DNA of 64,000 nucleotides, taken from NCBI GenBank assembly GCA_965248925.1, contig CBDFLE010000006.1:1280001-1344000 (forward strand), written 5' to 3'. The position numbers were made by a program, and so were the translations under genes. Source of the stretch: Candidatus Multivoradales bacterium (GTDB lineage: Bacteria > Acidobacteriota > Thermoanaerobaculia > Multivoradales > J023). How positions within the stretch are numbered: position 1 is the stretch's first letter; each line of letters begins with the position of its first letter. The notes beneath the pieces were generated by a model, which saw only the letters and a list, made by a program, of their open reading frames with translations, was not told the origin of the DNA and searched no databases. Below are positions 42,373-50,582 of the stretch, piece after piece.

Positions 42373-43080
42373 ATGAGCGTGCTGGTACTGATTCGTCATG
42401 GTCAGGCATCGGCCCACACCGACGACTACGACCGCCTATCACCCCTCGGCGAAGAACAAGCTCGGATCTTGGGCCAATATTGGACCGCTCGCGGCGAACG
42501 CTTCGACCGGGTCTTGGTCGGGCCGCTTCGCCGCCAACGCCAAACTCACGCTGCGGTGCGCCAAGCTTACCAACGACAGGGCCAGAGCTGGCCGCTGCCC
42601 GAGACCTGTGATGCCCTGGCCGAACACCACGGCCCGACGGTCCTCCGCCAAGCGATCGCTAACGGCGACTTGGAGCATGAGGGCGTTGGCGCACAGAACG
42701 CCGACGGCAGCTTTAGCGAGATGCTCAAAGACCCGTCGATCTTCACCCGCTGGAGCAGGCGCTGGGCCAGCGGTGAGCAACCAACGCCGACCGAACTCGA
42801 GAGCTGGTCAGCCTTTCGCCAACGGGTACGAAGCGAGCTTAACAAGATCTTCGCCACTACTGAGCGCGGCCAACGGGTGGTGGCATTCACCTCCGGCGGA
42901 GTGGTGGCGGCAGCGGTGGGCACGGTCTTCAAGCTGCCACCGACGCCAGTGATCGAGCTCAGCTGGCGGATTCGCAACGCTTCGATCAACGAAATCCTGT
43001 TCCGCGAGCACCAGGCGATGCTCCACACCCTCAATACCGTTCCCCATCTACAGGAAGATCGGTTGCTGACCTATGTTTGA
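42373..43080 (+). CDS. Histidine phosphatase family protein
   Basis: LIRHGQAS, LRRQRQT, FTSGG. Confidence 0.9.
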   Translation: MSVLVLIRHGQASAHTDDYDRLSPLGEEQARILGQYWTARGERFDRVLVGPLRRQRQTHAAVRQAYQRQGQSWPLPETCDALAEHHGPTVLRQAIANGDLEHEGVGAQNADGSFSEMLKDPSIFTRWSRRWASGEQPTPTELESWSAFRQRVRSELNKIFATTERGQRVVAFTSGGVVAAAVGTVFKLPPTPVIELSWRIRNASINEILFREHQAMLHTLNTVPHLQEDRLLTYV

Positions 43081-43179
43081 CCCACTTCCCAAGACCTAAG
43101 TACAAGTAAAATATCTTTCATTTCGCAAATTGGAAGAAAGACCCCAACTTCCAGCTAGCCTAGAGTAGCCACTCTTCCA

Positions 43180-43261
43180 TCGGGTGCATCCGGTTCCTAG
43201 CGGGTGGTCGCTGACCACCTACACTTGCTCGCTAAACGTCTTCGGCCCTTCGCCGCCGACG
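43180..43261 (+). ncRNA. Candidate structured 5' leader, copy 1
   Basis: Three hairpins shared with copies 2 and 3, with compensatory changes. Confidence 0.5.
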
Positions 43262-43276
43262 AGAAGCGTTCAGAAG

Positions 43277-43852
43277 TTCGTGCATCGCTTCGACGATGCT
43301 TTCTTCGATGCCAAAGGCACCGCCTACACCCGCGTCCAGGTTCGTGCCCCCGCCTTTGAGAGCTTGAAGCCGGTCGAGACCCTCTGCGGCAATTTCGACG
43401 TCACCGTTACCTTGGACGGCGAACAACCGATCACCAAGATGCAGATCCTCCGCGATAGCACCGAGGGTGGCCGTTTCTTCTCTCCCATCTCAGTGATCGT
43501 CAAGCTCAACTTTGTCGCGGCCGATGGCAGCAAGCACGAGCCGCTGGTGATCAGCCGCCGCTTGGATTTCAAAGCGATGGACAACGGCCGTTGGACCGAG
43601 AGCCCGGCGAAGCACAACCTAGTGGCGAAGAGCTTCCTCTTGGTCGACACCAATGCCGATGGTGATCCCGATACCTACTTGCCTGGCACCTCCAATTTCA
43701 TCGCTAGCGCTGGCGAGCCCGTAGCTCCCGGTCAGAAGGCACAGTCGATCATCCAACAGCCGAGTGATTGTCACTGTGAATACGCCACTTGCGGCCATCA
43801 GCACTGCATCACCGTGCCAACCGACGATTGTGGCGGCTATGTGTGTCGCTAG
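43277..43852 (+). pseudogene. Secreted CHCxxxxCGHxHC-tail protein, paralog 1 (RBS, start and ~85 codons deleted)
   Basis: Homology to 44228-45052 starts at VHRFDDA, directly after the leader motif. Confidence 0.8.
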
Positions 43853-43933
43853 TCAACGCCGATAGCTTGGTCAACTTAGGGTCGGCGGTCATCCGCTGCC
43901 AATATTGAACTGCGAGCCATCTTGAGTTCGCCC

Positions 43934-43976
43934 GGTGCCGAGCCACCTGTGGGTGGCCGGCGCCCTCTTCTTCTTT
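43934..43976 (+). terminator. Terminator hairpin after paralog 1
   Basis: GGTGCCG-a-GCCAC/GTGGC-CGGCGCC followed by a CT-rich tail. Confidence 0.65.
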
Positions 43977-44109
43977 CGATCTCTCAATAGCAGCGGTTGG
44001 CGGCGTGCCGATCCGAAAGACCAGGCCACTGGGTCCTCGAAGATGAGCATTTCGCAAGACGGAAGAAGCGTCCGGCCGATCACTGAATTAACCTCTCCCC
44101 ATCGTTGGA

Positions 44110-44192
44110 TCGGATTTATCCGGCACCTAGCGGGCGGTCGAAGGCCGCCTACCATGCGCACCGACCTGCTACCGGCTCGTAGCCGCTGGTAG
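44110..44192 (+). ncRNA. Candidate structured 5' leader, copy 2
   Basis: CGGA-N4-TCCG; CCTAG; GGCGGTC/GGCCGCC; CTACCGGCT/AGCCG..GGTAG. Confidence 0.5.
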
Positions 44193-44227
44193 AAGGTGCG
44201 CTGAACCCCGTCCTAGGGAGAACTAGA

Positions 44228-45052
44228 ATGCGTAAGTTCTTGCTCTTGACCGGCCTCGCCCTACTTCTCATCGCCCTACCTGCCGCCGCCGATTCGGTGA
44301 TCTACAGCGGTGTCGACCTCTGGACCAGCTCAAGCGACGGCTCGACACAGTCAAGCTTCGCCGAAGAAGCGATTCCGGCCAACTTCTTCTGCAGCGGCTC
44401 GGAGCCGTTCACCGGTGTTATCAAATTCCGCGGCCAGCCGTTGGCAACCGAGCCCGCCGGACTGCTGGGCAAAGTCGACACCATCGTGCATCGCCTCGAC
44501 GATGCATATTTCGGCGCCAAAGGCATCGCGGATACCCGTATTCAGGTGCGCGCCCTGGCCTTCGAGAGCCTTGAGGCAATTGATACCACCTGTGGCAAGT
44601 TCAACGTCACCGTGGTGCTCGATGGTGAGCAGCCGATCACCAAGATGCGGATCTTGCGTGACAACGAGAAAGGCGGCGCCTTCTTCTCGCCGATCTCGGT
44701 GCAGGTCAGCATGAATTTCAGCCACGCTAGCGGTCGCCTGCACGAGCCACTGTCCATCAGCCGCCGGCTGGACTTCGCGCCAATGGGCAACGGTCGCTGG
44801 ACTAGCGAAGCGTTCGAGGGCCAGGTCACCGCCAAGGGCTTCGTGCTGGTCGACACCAACGCCGACGGCCAGCCCGACACCTACCTGCCTGGTACTTCGA
44901 ACTTCAATGCCCATGCTGGTTCGGTCGACATCGACGGCTTAGGCCAGAAGGCGATCATCGCGCCGGTCGACTGCCACTGCGAGTTCGAGTCGTGCGGGCA
45001 TCGCCACTGCATCGCCAATTGCGGCGGTGGTACCCAATACGCGTGTCCGTAA
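44228..45052 (+). CDS. Secreted CHCxxxxCGHxHC-tail protein, paralog 2 (intact)
   Basis: RBS GGAG; signal peptide; beta-rich body; VDTNADG.PDTYLPGTSNF; tail DCHCEFESCGHRHCIANC...ACP. Confidence 0.9.
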   Translation: MRKFLLLTGLALLLIALPAAADSVIYSGVDLWTSSSDGSTQSSFAEEAIPANFFCSGSEPFTGVIKFRGQPLATEPAGLLGKVDTIVHRLDDAYFGAKGIADTRIQVRALAFESLEAIDTTCGKFNVTVVLDGEQPITKMRILRDNEKGGAFFSPISVQVSMNFSHASGRLHEPLSISRRLDFAPMGNGRWTSEAFEGQVTAKGFVLVDTNADGQPDTYLPGTSNFNAHAGSVDIDGLGQKAIIAPVDCHCEFESCGHRHCIANCGGGTQYACP

Positions 45053-45108
45053 GCAATACCCGCAATTCCGGCACTTGGTCACTTGACCGCTAATGCCGGT
45101 TCGGCAAG

Positions 45109-45145
45109 GGCGCCGCACCACCCCCCTTCGGTGGCCGGTGTCTTT
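45109..45145 (+). terminator. Terminator hairpin after paralog 2
   Basis: GGCGCCG..CCAC/GTGG.CGGTGTC followed by TTT. Confidence 0.55.
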
Positions 45146-45292
45146 GACGTCTGATCTCATGGTGGCAACAGCTCGACGTGGCCCGCGACGGGTTGGAGTG
45201 ATTCCGCGCTGTCCGAACCTTGGACAATTCGCAAGATGAAAAAAGCGCCCGCCTGGAATTCGGATTAACGTTCTCTCACGTTTATCGGTTTG

Positions 45293-45373
45293 TCGGATGT
45301 TTCCGGTTCCTAGTTGGCGGCCAGCAGCCGCCTACCTCGCTCGTCTCGTGCTTTCGACCTTCTGTCGTCGGCG
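45293..45373 (+). ncRNA. Candidate structured 5' leader, copy 3
   Basis: CGGA-N4-TCCG; CCTAG; GGCGGC/GCCGCC; CGAC/GTCG. Confidence 0.5.
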
Positions 45374-45412
45374 TGCAGCGTGCAAAACCCTGTTCGCAGG
45401 GAGAATCTCGAA

Positions 45413-45936
45413 ATGCGTAAGTTTTTGCTCTTGACCGGCCTCGCTGTGCTGCTTCTTGCCCTGCCGGCCGTCGCCGACTCGGTGATCTATAGCGGTATCG
45501 ATCTGTGGAAGACCATGGAGATCCTCCGCGATAGCGCCGAGGGTGCCGCTTCTTCTCGCCCATCTCGGTCATCATCAAGCTCAGTTTCACCGCCTCTGAT
45601 GGCGGCAGCCATGAGCCCCTGGTGATCAGCCGGCGTTTGGATTTCAAAGCGATGGACGACGGCAGTTGGACCGAGAACCCGGGCAAAAGCCGCATCGTAG
45701 CCAAGAGCTTCGTCGTGGTCGAAACCGACGCCGACGGTGAGCCCGACACCTACCTGCCTGGCACCTCGAACTTCAACCCCTCCTCCTCAGCACCCGCGGC
45801 GCCAGGTCAGAAGTTGGCCGACACCAACGGTTGTCACTGTGACTACGAGACCTGCGGTCATGTGCACTGCATCGGCGTGCCAATCGACGACGACTGTGGT
45901 GATACCTCCTTCGGCAACGTGCAGATTTGCCAGTAG
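45413..45936 (+). pseudogene. Secreted CHCxxxxCGHxHC-tail protein, paralog 3 (internal deletion + frameshift)
   Basis: MRKFLLLTGLA...SGIDLW jumps to TMEILRD (~100 codons missing); 1-nt shift near 45547; tail GCHCDYETCGHVHCI. Confidence 0.85.
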
Positions 45937-46001
45937 TCCTGATCCTGTCGGATCGGCGATCCTGAGTCGACGGTGAAGGGTATGCCGATTCGAGTTTGTT
46001 C

Positions 46002-46042
46002 GGCGCCGCGCCACTCTTGGGTGGCCGGCGCCCTCTCTATTT
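46002..46042. terminator. Terminator hairpin after paralog 3 (convergent with the degV-like gene)
   Basis: GGCGCCG-c-GCCAC/GTGGC-CGGCGCC. Confidence 0.65.
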
Positions 46043-46068
46043 GGTCTGTTGGCAGTATCTGTAGCCGA

Positions 46069-47862
46069 CTAGCGTAGTGGCGCCAGCATTTCGACTTCGT
46101 CTTCGAGCGGCTGAAACAGCACCGCACCGACCGCCCCCGGCCCAACATGGGCGCCTACCACCGGCCCCATCTCGCCAACGATCAGCTCTTGCACCTTGAA
46201 TTGCGCTTCGATGTGCTCGCGCAGCAGATCCCCCCAGACCGGGGCGGCTGCGTGGGCAACACCGACGATGGTGGGTAGGTCGGGGTCGGTGGCCTCAATC
46301 AATCGTTGCATCATGCGCTCGATAGCCGCCCGATTGCCACGACCACGATCCACCGCCACGATCTCTCCACCGACCACTCCCAGCACCGGCTTGATGCCGA
46401 GCAGCTTGCCGACCAACGCCCGCGCTCTACCAATGCGGCCACCACGAACCAGGTATTCCAATGTGTCGACCACGAATAACGTAGGCATGCGTTCGACCAT
46501 GCCGCGGAGGCGCTCGGCGACTTCGACGGCCGACAATCCTCGCTCTACCATGCGCGCCGCGAACAGGCTTTGCAAACCCAAGCCGATAGTGACTTGAGCA
46601 CTGTCCACCGTTTGGATTTGTAGCCGTTGAGAGGGCGTAGAAGCAACGGGCAACATACCTTTGGCAGCCATCCAAGAATGTCTGAAGGTCTCCGACAACT
46701 TGCTCGAGATATGCACCGACACCACTTCCTTCTCGCCGGTCAGCTGAGCATAGAGGGCACTGAACTCCTGCGGTGATGGCGGCGTGGTGAAAGGGTGATC
46801 GCCGCTACTTTGCAGCAGCTCATAGAACTCGCTGTTACTCAGGTCGATACCGTCGAGAAATACCTTGTCACCAAAGGTCACGGTCAGTGGCACGACGTGA
46901 ATCCGGTGTGCCGCGGCAAGCTCTTTGGGCAGGTCGGCGGTCGAATCGGTGACCACCGCTACTGTCGGCTCAGGGTCGGACAACAGCAGCAAGCCGCTAC
47001 TTTCGAGGCGACGCAAGGCAGCGATCAGCCGGCTATCAGTCTCGGTCAACGCGTCGAGCAACTCACCGAGGGCGGAAAGGGAATGCAGCGCCACCAAGAT
47101 CTCCATCTCCGCCGGCTCGAGCTGACGCTCGAGCACGTTGGCGCCAGCTTGGGGACATACCCAGCTGCGCAGATCAGGGAAATCTGCCAAGCAATCCTCG
47201 ACTGCCCGCGCCAGCAGTTCGTCGCTGCCCAGATGCAGGTTGCGACGAATTCGGGTGGGGTCTGGGAACACCCGGAAGGGGCCTTCGCCATGCCGCGCCA
47301 GGCGGCAGAAAGCCTTGAGCCCCGCCGCGCGACGGGTACGGGCCGCCACCGGCTCGCCGGCCTGCAACGCGATCGAGCCATAGCGGGTCTGCAACTGACC
47401 GGTGAAGCGAGTTTCCACCAATGCTGGAATCAGCTCGAAGAAGGGCTTGCGGCCCAGATCACCAACCAACGAATTGGCATGCAGGTTGGGCTCGACGCCC
47501 AGTTCTCGGCCCAACATCAACAGTCGCAGGCGGGCTAGCAGATCGCCTTCGCCCAGCTCTGCCCGGCTGACGAACAAGACCTCGTCCGGCAGCTGGCTCG
47601 CCTCGCGCTGGCTGCGCCCAACCGCCAAGATCGGCGTTGGCGTCGCCCGCGCCAGTTCGAGCAGCTCGGCACCTTCACTGGCATCGAGCAACAGCTCGCT
47701 GGCCATCACCACCATCCACGGCTCAAGGGCGGCGGCGAAACGCACCGCGTCTGCGGCACGGCCTACCGGCACAACTTCGTAACCGGCTTCGGTCAGGCCG
47801 ACGCTCAACGCCCGCCGGCTCTCGGCTTGCGGGTCGACAATCATGACTACGGGTCGCGACAT
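46069..47862 (-). CDS. Pseudo-receiver + DUF4388-like + DegV (FakB-type fatty-acid binding) fusion
   Basis: Start MSRPVVMIVD; VGDLGRKPFFELI (DUF4388-like); VVTDSTADLP, HISSKLS, GGRIG, HVGPG (DegV). Confidence 0.88.
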   Translation of the reverse strand: MSRPVVMIVDPQAESRRALSVGLTEAGYEVVPVGRAADAVRFAAALEPWMVVMASELLLDASEGAELLELARATPTPILAVGRSQREASQLPDEVLFVSRAELGEGDLLARLRLLMLGRELGVEPNLHANSLVGDLGRKPFFELIPALVETRFTGQLQTRYGSIALQAGEPVAARTRRAAGLKAFCRLARHGEGPFRVFPDPTRIRRNLHLGSDELLARAVEDCLADFPDLRSWVCPQAGANVLERQLEPAEMEILVALHSLSALGELLDALTETDSRLIAALRRLESSGLLLLSDPEPTVAVVTDSTADLPKELAAAHRIHVVPLTVTFGDKVFLDGIDLSNSEFYELLQSSGDHPFTTPPSPQEFSALYAQLTGEKEVVSVHISSKLSETFRHSWMAAKGMLPVASTPSQRLQIQTVDSAQVTIGLGLQSLFAARMVERGLSAVEVAERLRGMVERMPTLFVVDTLEYLVRGGRIGRARALVGKLLGIKPVLGVVGGEIVAVDRGRGNRAAIERMMQRLIEATDPDLPTIVGVAHAAAPVWGDLLREHIEAQFKVQELIVGEMGPVVGAHVGPGAVGAVLFQPLEDEVEMLAPLR

Positions 47863-47878
47863 CGTCCGATCCAAAGGC

Positions 47879-49405
47879 TCAGAAAAGACCCAAAAGACTC
47901 GCCAGATCGGCAGGAGTATTCGATAGCACTCGCACCTGTTCGAGATTGGCAATAATCTCTTGAGCGCGCCGACGAACCCTCTCATCCGCGGCCACCACCA
48001 AACCCGAACGACGGCGGCCCGGAGCGGTCAGCCTGGCTACCAACTTGCGTAAGGCCAGGTCAGATGATTTGTCTTGGTCCTCACTACCAAGCCAAATCAC
48101 CAACCCAGAGCATAGCGGCAGCACCGCCGTGTGCTGGTCCAAACCACCACGCAGCGGATAGAGGTGCAGCGATAACCGGCCGGCACCATTCTCGACCGTG
48201 CAAGTGCCACCGTGAGTCGTCGCCAGTTGTTCGCGCAAGCGCCCCCAAGCATCCTCGGCAAAGCTGTCCGGCAACTGCAAGACAAGACCGACGATCAACG
48301 GCCAAGAGCTCTCCTCGGCCAAGAAAAGCAAGTGCACGTGGCTGTCGCCAGCGGCCTTGCAAATTTTATGCACCGCCGCATACATCTTGCGCACGGTGGC
48401 TCTATCTCTATCCTGAGGCGGGCTCTCAAGCCCCACCGTGACGCCGTCCTGGGCAACCACGAAGCCGGCCTCGACCAACACTGCAATGGTCGCGTCAAGG
48501 GTGGCCGGTGCCGCCAGCGCCGCCTCGTGCAGCGCGGCAAACGAACTCGGCCCTCGCTGTCGCAGGAAGCCCAGAACCGACTCCACCGGTAGGGAGTCAA
48601 GCCCGTGTTCGAGCCGAGGCGTTCCGCGAACCACCGAGCGCAGCACCGCATGGCGACTGGGCAAGCTATCCTTCCTTCGTCGCAGCTCGTCCTGCAACCA
48701 CGAATGACGCAGCAACATCGATTGAAAATCTGCCATCGGCAGGGTCGACAGAGTCACCGAGGAATCGTCGACATCGCCCAGACGGAACTGGAATGAGCCT
48801 TCGCCCAGGTCGAGCAAGGCGAGCAGTGCTTCGTCGCCGTGCAGCATGCCGTAGGTGGCGGCTTCGATCTGGCCGCGGCCAAACCGCACCTCTGCCGGCG
48901 ACAATTCGACCGACAATCGCAGCGTGCCGGTGCGGCGGCTGCGCTCGAGCGACTGCATCAGCTCCCAACAGGGGTAGGTGTCCAAATTGCCCGAGATATC
49001 GGCTTTCGGCAAGCTGGCGCCCAGCAGGCGCTCGAGCCGCAGCACTAGCTCTTCCGGGTCGAAGGGTTTGGCCAAGTAGTCCGAAGCGCCGGCCCGCAGC
49101 CCCCGAACCCGATCTGCCTTGGTATCCAGAGCGGACAGCATCAGCACTGGCAGGGAGGCTGTTTCGGACCGTGCTCGCAGGCTTTTCAGCAGATCGAGAC
49201 CGGAGATCTCAGGCATCGACACATCGAGAACCGCGGCATCAAAATCGCGCGCCGCGACCAAGCCATCCACTCTGCGCGGATCACGACAGGTGGTGACCTC
49301 TAACCCAGCAGCTTCCAAAGTCGAATCCAGCATCAGCAACAGGTCGGGATCGTCGTCGACCACCAAGATTCTAGGCACTGCTGCTCTCCTCTTCCTGCCC
49401 ACCAT
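47879..49405 (-). CDS. Response regulator with DUF4388-like domain and C-terminal alpha/beta domain
   Basis: ILVVDDD, VLDVSMP, DYLAKPF; ISGNLDTYPCWELMQSLE...TGTLRL. Confidence 0.88.
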   Translation of the reverse strand: MVGRKRRAAVPRILVVDDDPDLLLMLDSTLEAAGLEVTTCRDPRRVDGLVAARDFDAAVLDVSMPEISGLDLLKSLRARSETASLPVLMLSALDTKADRVRGLRAGASDYLAKPFDPEELVLRLERLLGASLPKADISGNLDTYPCWELMQSLERSRRTGTLRLSVELSPAEVRFGRGQIEAATYGMLHGDEALLALLDLGEGSFQFRLGDVDDSSVTLSTLPMADFQSMLLRHSWLQDELRRRKDSLPSRHAVLRSVVRGTPRLEHGLDSLPVESVLGFLRQRGPSSFAALHEAALAAPATLDATIAVLVEAGFVVAQDGVTVGLESPPQDRDRATVRKMYAAVHKICKAAGDSHVHLLFLAEESSWPLIVGLVLQLPDSFAEDAWGRLREQLATTHGGTCTVENGAGRLSLHLYPLRGGLDQHTAVLPLCSGLVIWLGSEDQDKSSDLALRKLVARLTAPGRRRSGLVVAADERVRRRAQEIIANLEQVRVLSNTPADLASLLGLF

Positions 49406-49634
49406 GAATAGCTGCTTTGCTCTCCTCGCGAGAGTCGCGTGGAGGGTCCCGAGCGCACGATCGCCGCAGGCAGGCTCGCTAGCAACAGTCTAAGTTGTCT
49501 CAACTGGTGACAATAACATAGAGCAGGCAGCTGCTCATCGAGCCAATGTTTGGCAATCACCCCGAAGTCGAATAGCCTGCCTCTCAACACCGTACCGAGC
49601 CCCAACCGCAGTCAATCGAAGGAGTTTCTTACCC

Positions 49635-50582
49635 ATGTCTGACGCACTGACCCTTGACCGGGTCACCAAACGGTTCGGTGAGCTAGTCGCTGTCAACCGT
49701 ATCTCCCTGTCCATCCCACAGGGCTCGATCTACGGCTTCTTGGGGCAGAACGGTGCTGGCAAGACCACCACCATCCGGATGATCATGAGCATCCTCTACC
49801 CCGACGAAGGACGGATCCGCATCCTTGGCCAAACCAACTCAGAATCGATCAAGGACCGGCTCGGCTATCTACCGGAAGAGAAGGGGCTGTACAAGAAGAT
49901 GACCACCGGCGAGATCCTGACTTACTTCGGACGTCTCAAGGGCATGTCGGGGCGCGACGCCAAGCAGCGCGCCCATGAGTTGCTTGAGCGTTTTGGTTTG
50001 GGGGAGTGGATTCAGCAGAAGTGCGAGGCTCTCTCCAAAGGCATGGGGCAGAAGGTGCAAGTGCTCGGCACGCTAATCCACAGCCCCGAGCTGGTGATCC
50101 TCGACGAGCCCTTCTCGGGACTCGATCCAGTCAACGTCGAGACCATGCGCGAGGTCATCCTAGAGATGAAACGCGAAGGTCGCACGGTGATCTTCTCGAC
50201 CCACATCATGGAGCAGGCCGAGCAGATCTGCGACTCGATCTTCATGATCCACAAGGGCAAGAAAGTGCTTGACGGACCTCTCACAGAGATCCGCGGCGGC
50301 GGTGACCAAGGCATTCGCCTGGACTACGACGGCGACAGTACGGTGCTGGCGGCTCTGTCCGGTGTCAGGCGGGTCAACGACGCCGGCAAGCAGGCCGAGA
50401 TTTACCTCGAGGAGGGAGTTGATCCGCAGCAGATCTTGCGGCAGCTGGTCGGCAGGCTTACCATCCGCCGCTTCGACCTGCGCGAGCCCTCCTTGCACGA
50501 GATCTTCGTCCGCGCGGTGGGTTCGGCCAACGAGGCTCTCGACAGCAGGGCCAACAACGGGAGTGTGAGCCATGTCCAATAA
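49635..50582 (+). CDS. ABC exporter ATP-binding subunit (NatA/YhaQ-like)
   Basis: GQNGAGKTT, LSKGM, ILDEPFSGLDP, STH, EPSLHEIF. Confidence 0.95.
   Translation: MSDALTLDRVTKRFGELVAVNRISLSIPQGSIYGFLGQNGAGKTTTIRMIMSILYPDEGRIRILGQTNSESIKDRLGYLPEEKGLYKKMTTGEILTYFGRLKGMSGRDAKQRAHELLERFGLGEWIQQKCEALSKGMGQKVQVLGTLIHSPELVILDEPFSGLDPVNVETMREVILEMKREGRTVIFSTHIMEQAEQICDSIFMIHKGKKVLDGPLTEIRGGGDQGIRLDYDGDSTVLAALSGVRRVNDAGKQAEIYLEEGVDPQQILRQLVGRLTIRRFDLREPSLHEIFVRAVGSANEALDSRANNGSVSHVQ

Noticed and set aside
44050-44192. c-di-GMP-I riboswitch (GCAA...TCCGG..CCTA resemblance)
   Set aside because: The GNRA-capped P2 stem and GGGACGCAAAG-type core are absent in all three copies
43771-45870. Cys/His tails as c-type heme sites or classical RiPP cores
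   Set aside because: No CxxCH spacing, and no radical SAM, YcaO, lanthipeptide or MNIO enzyme nearby
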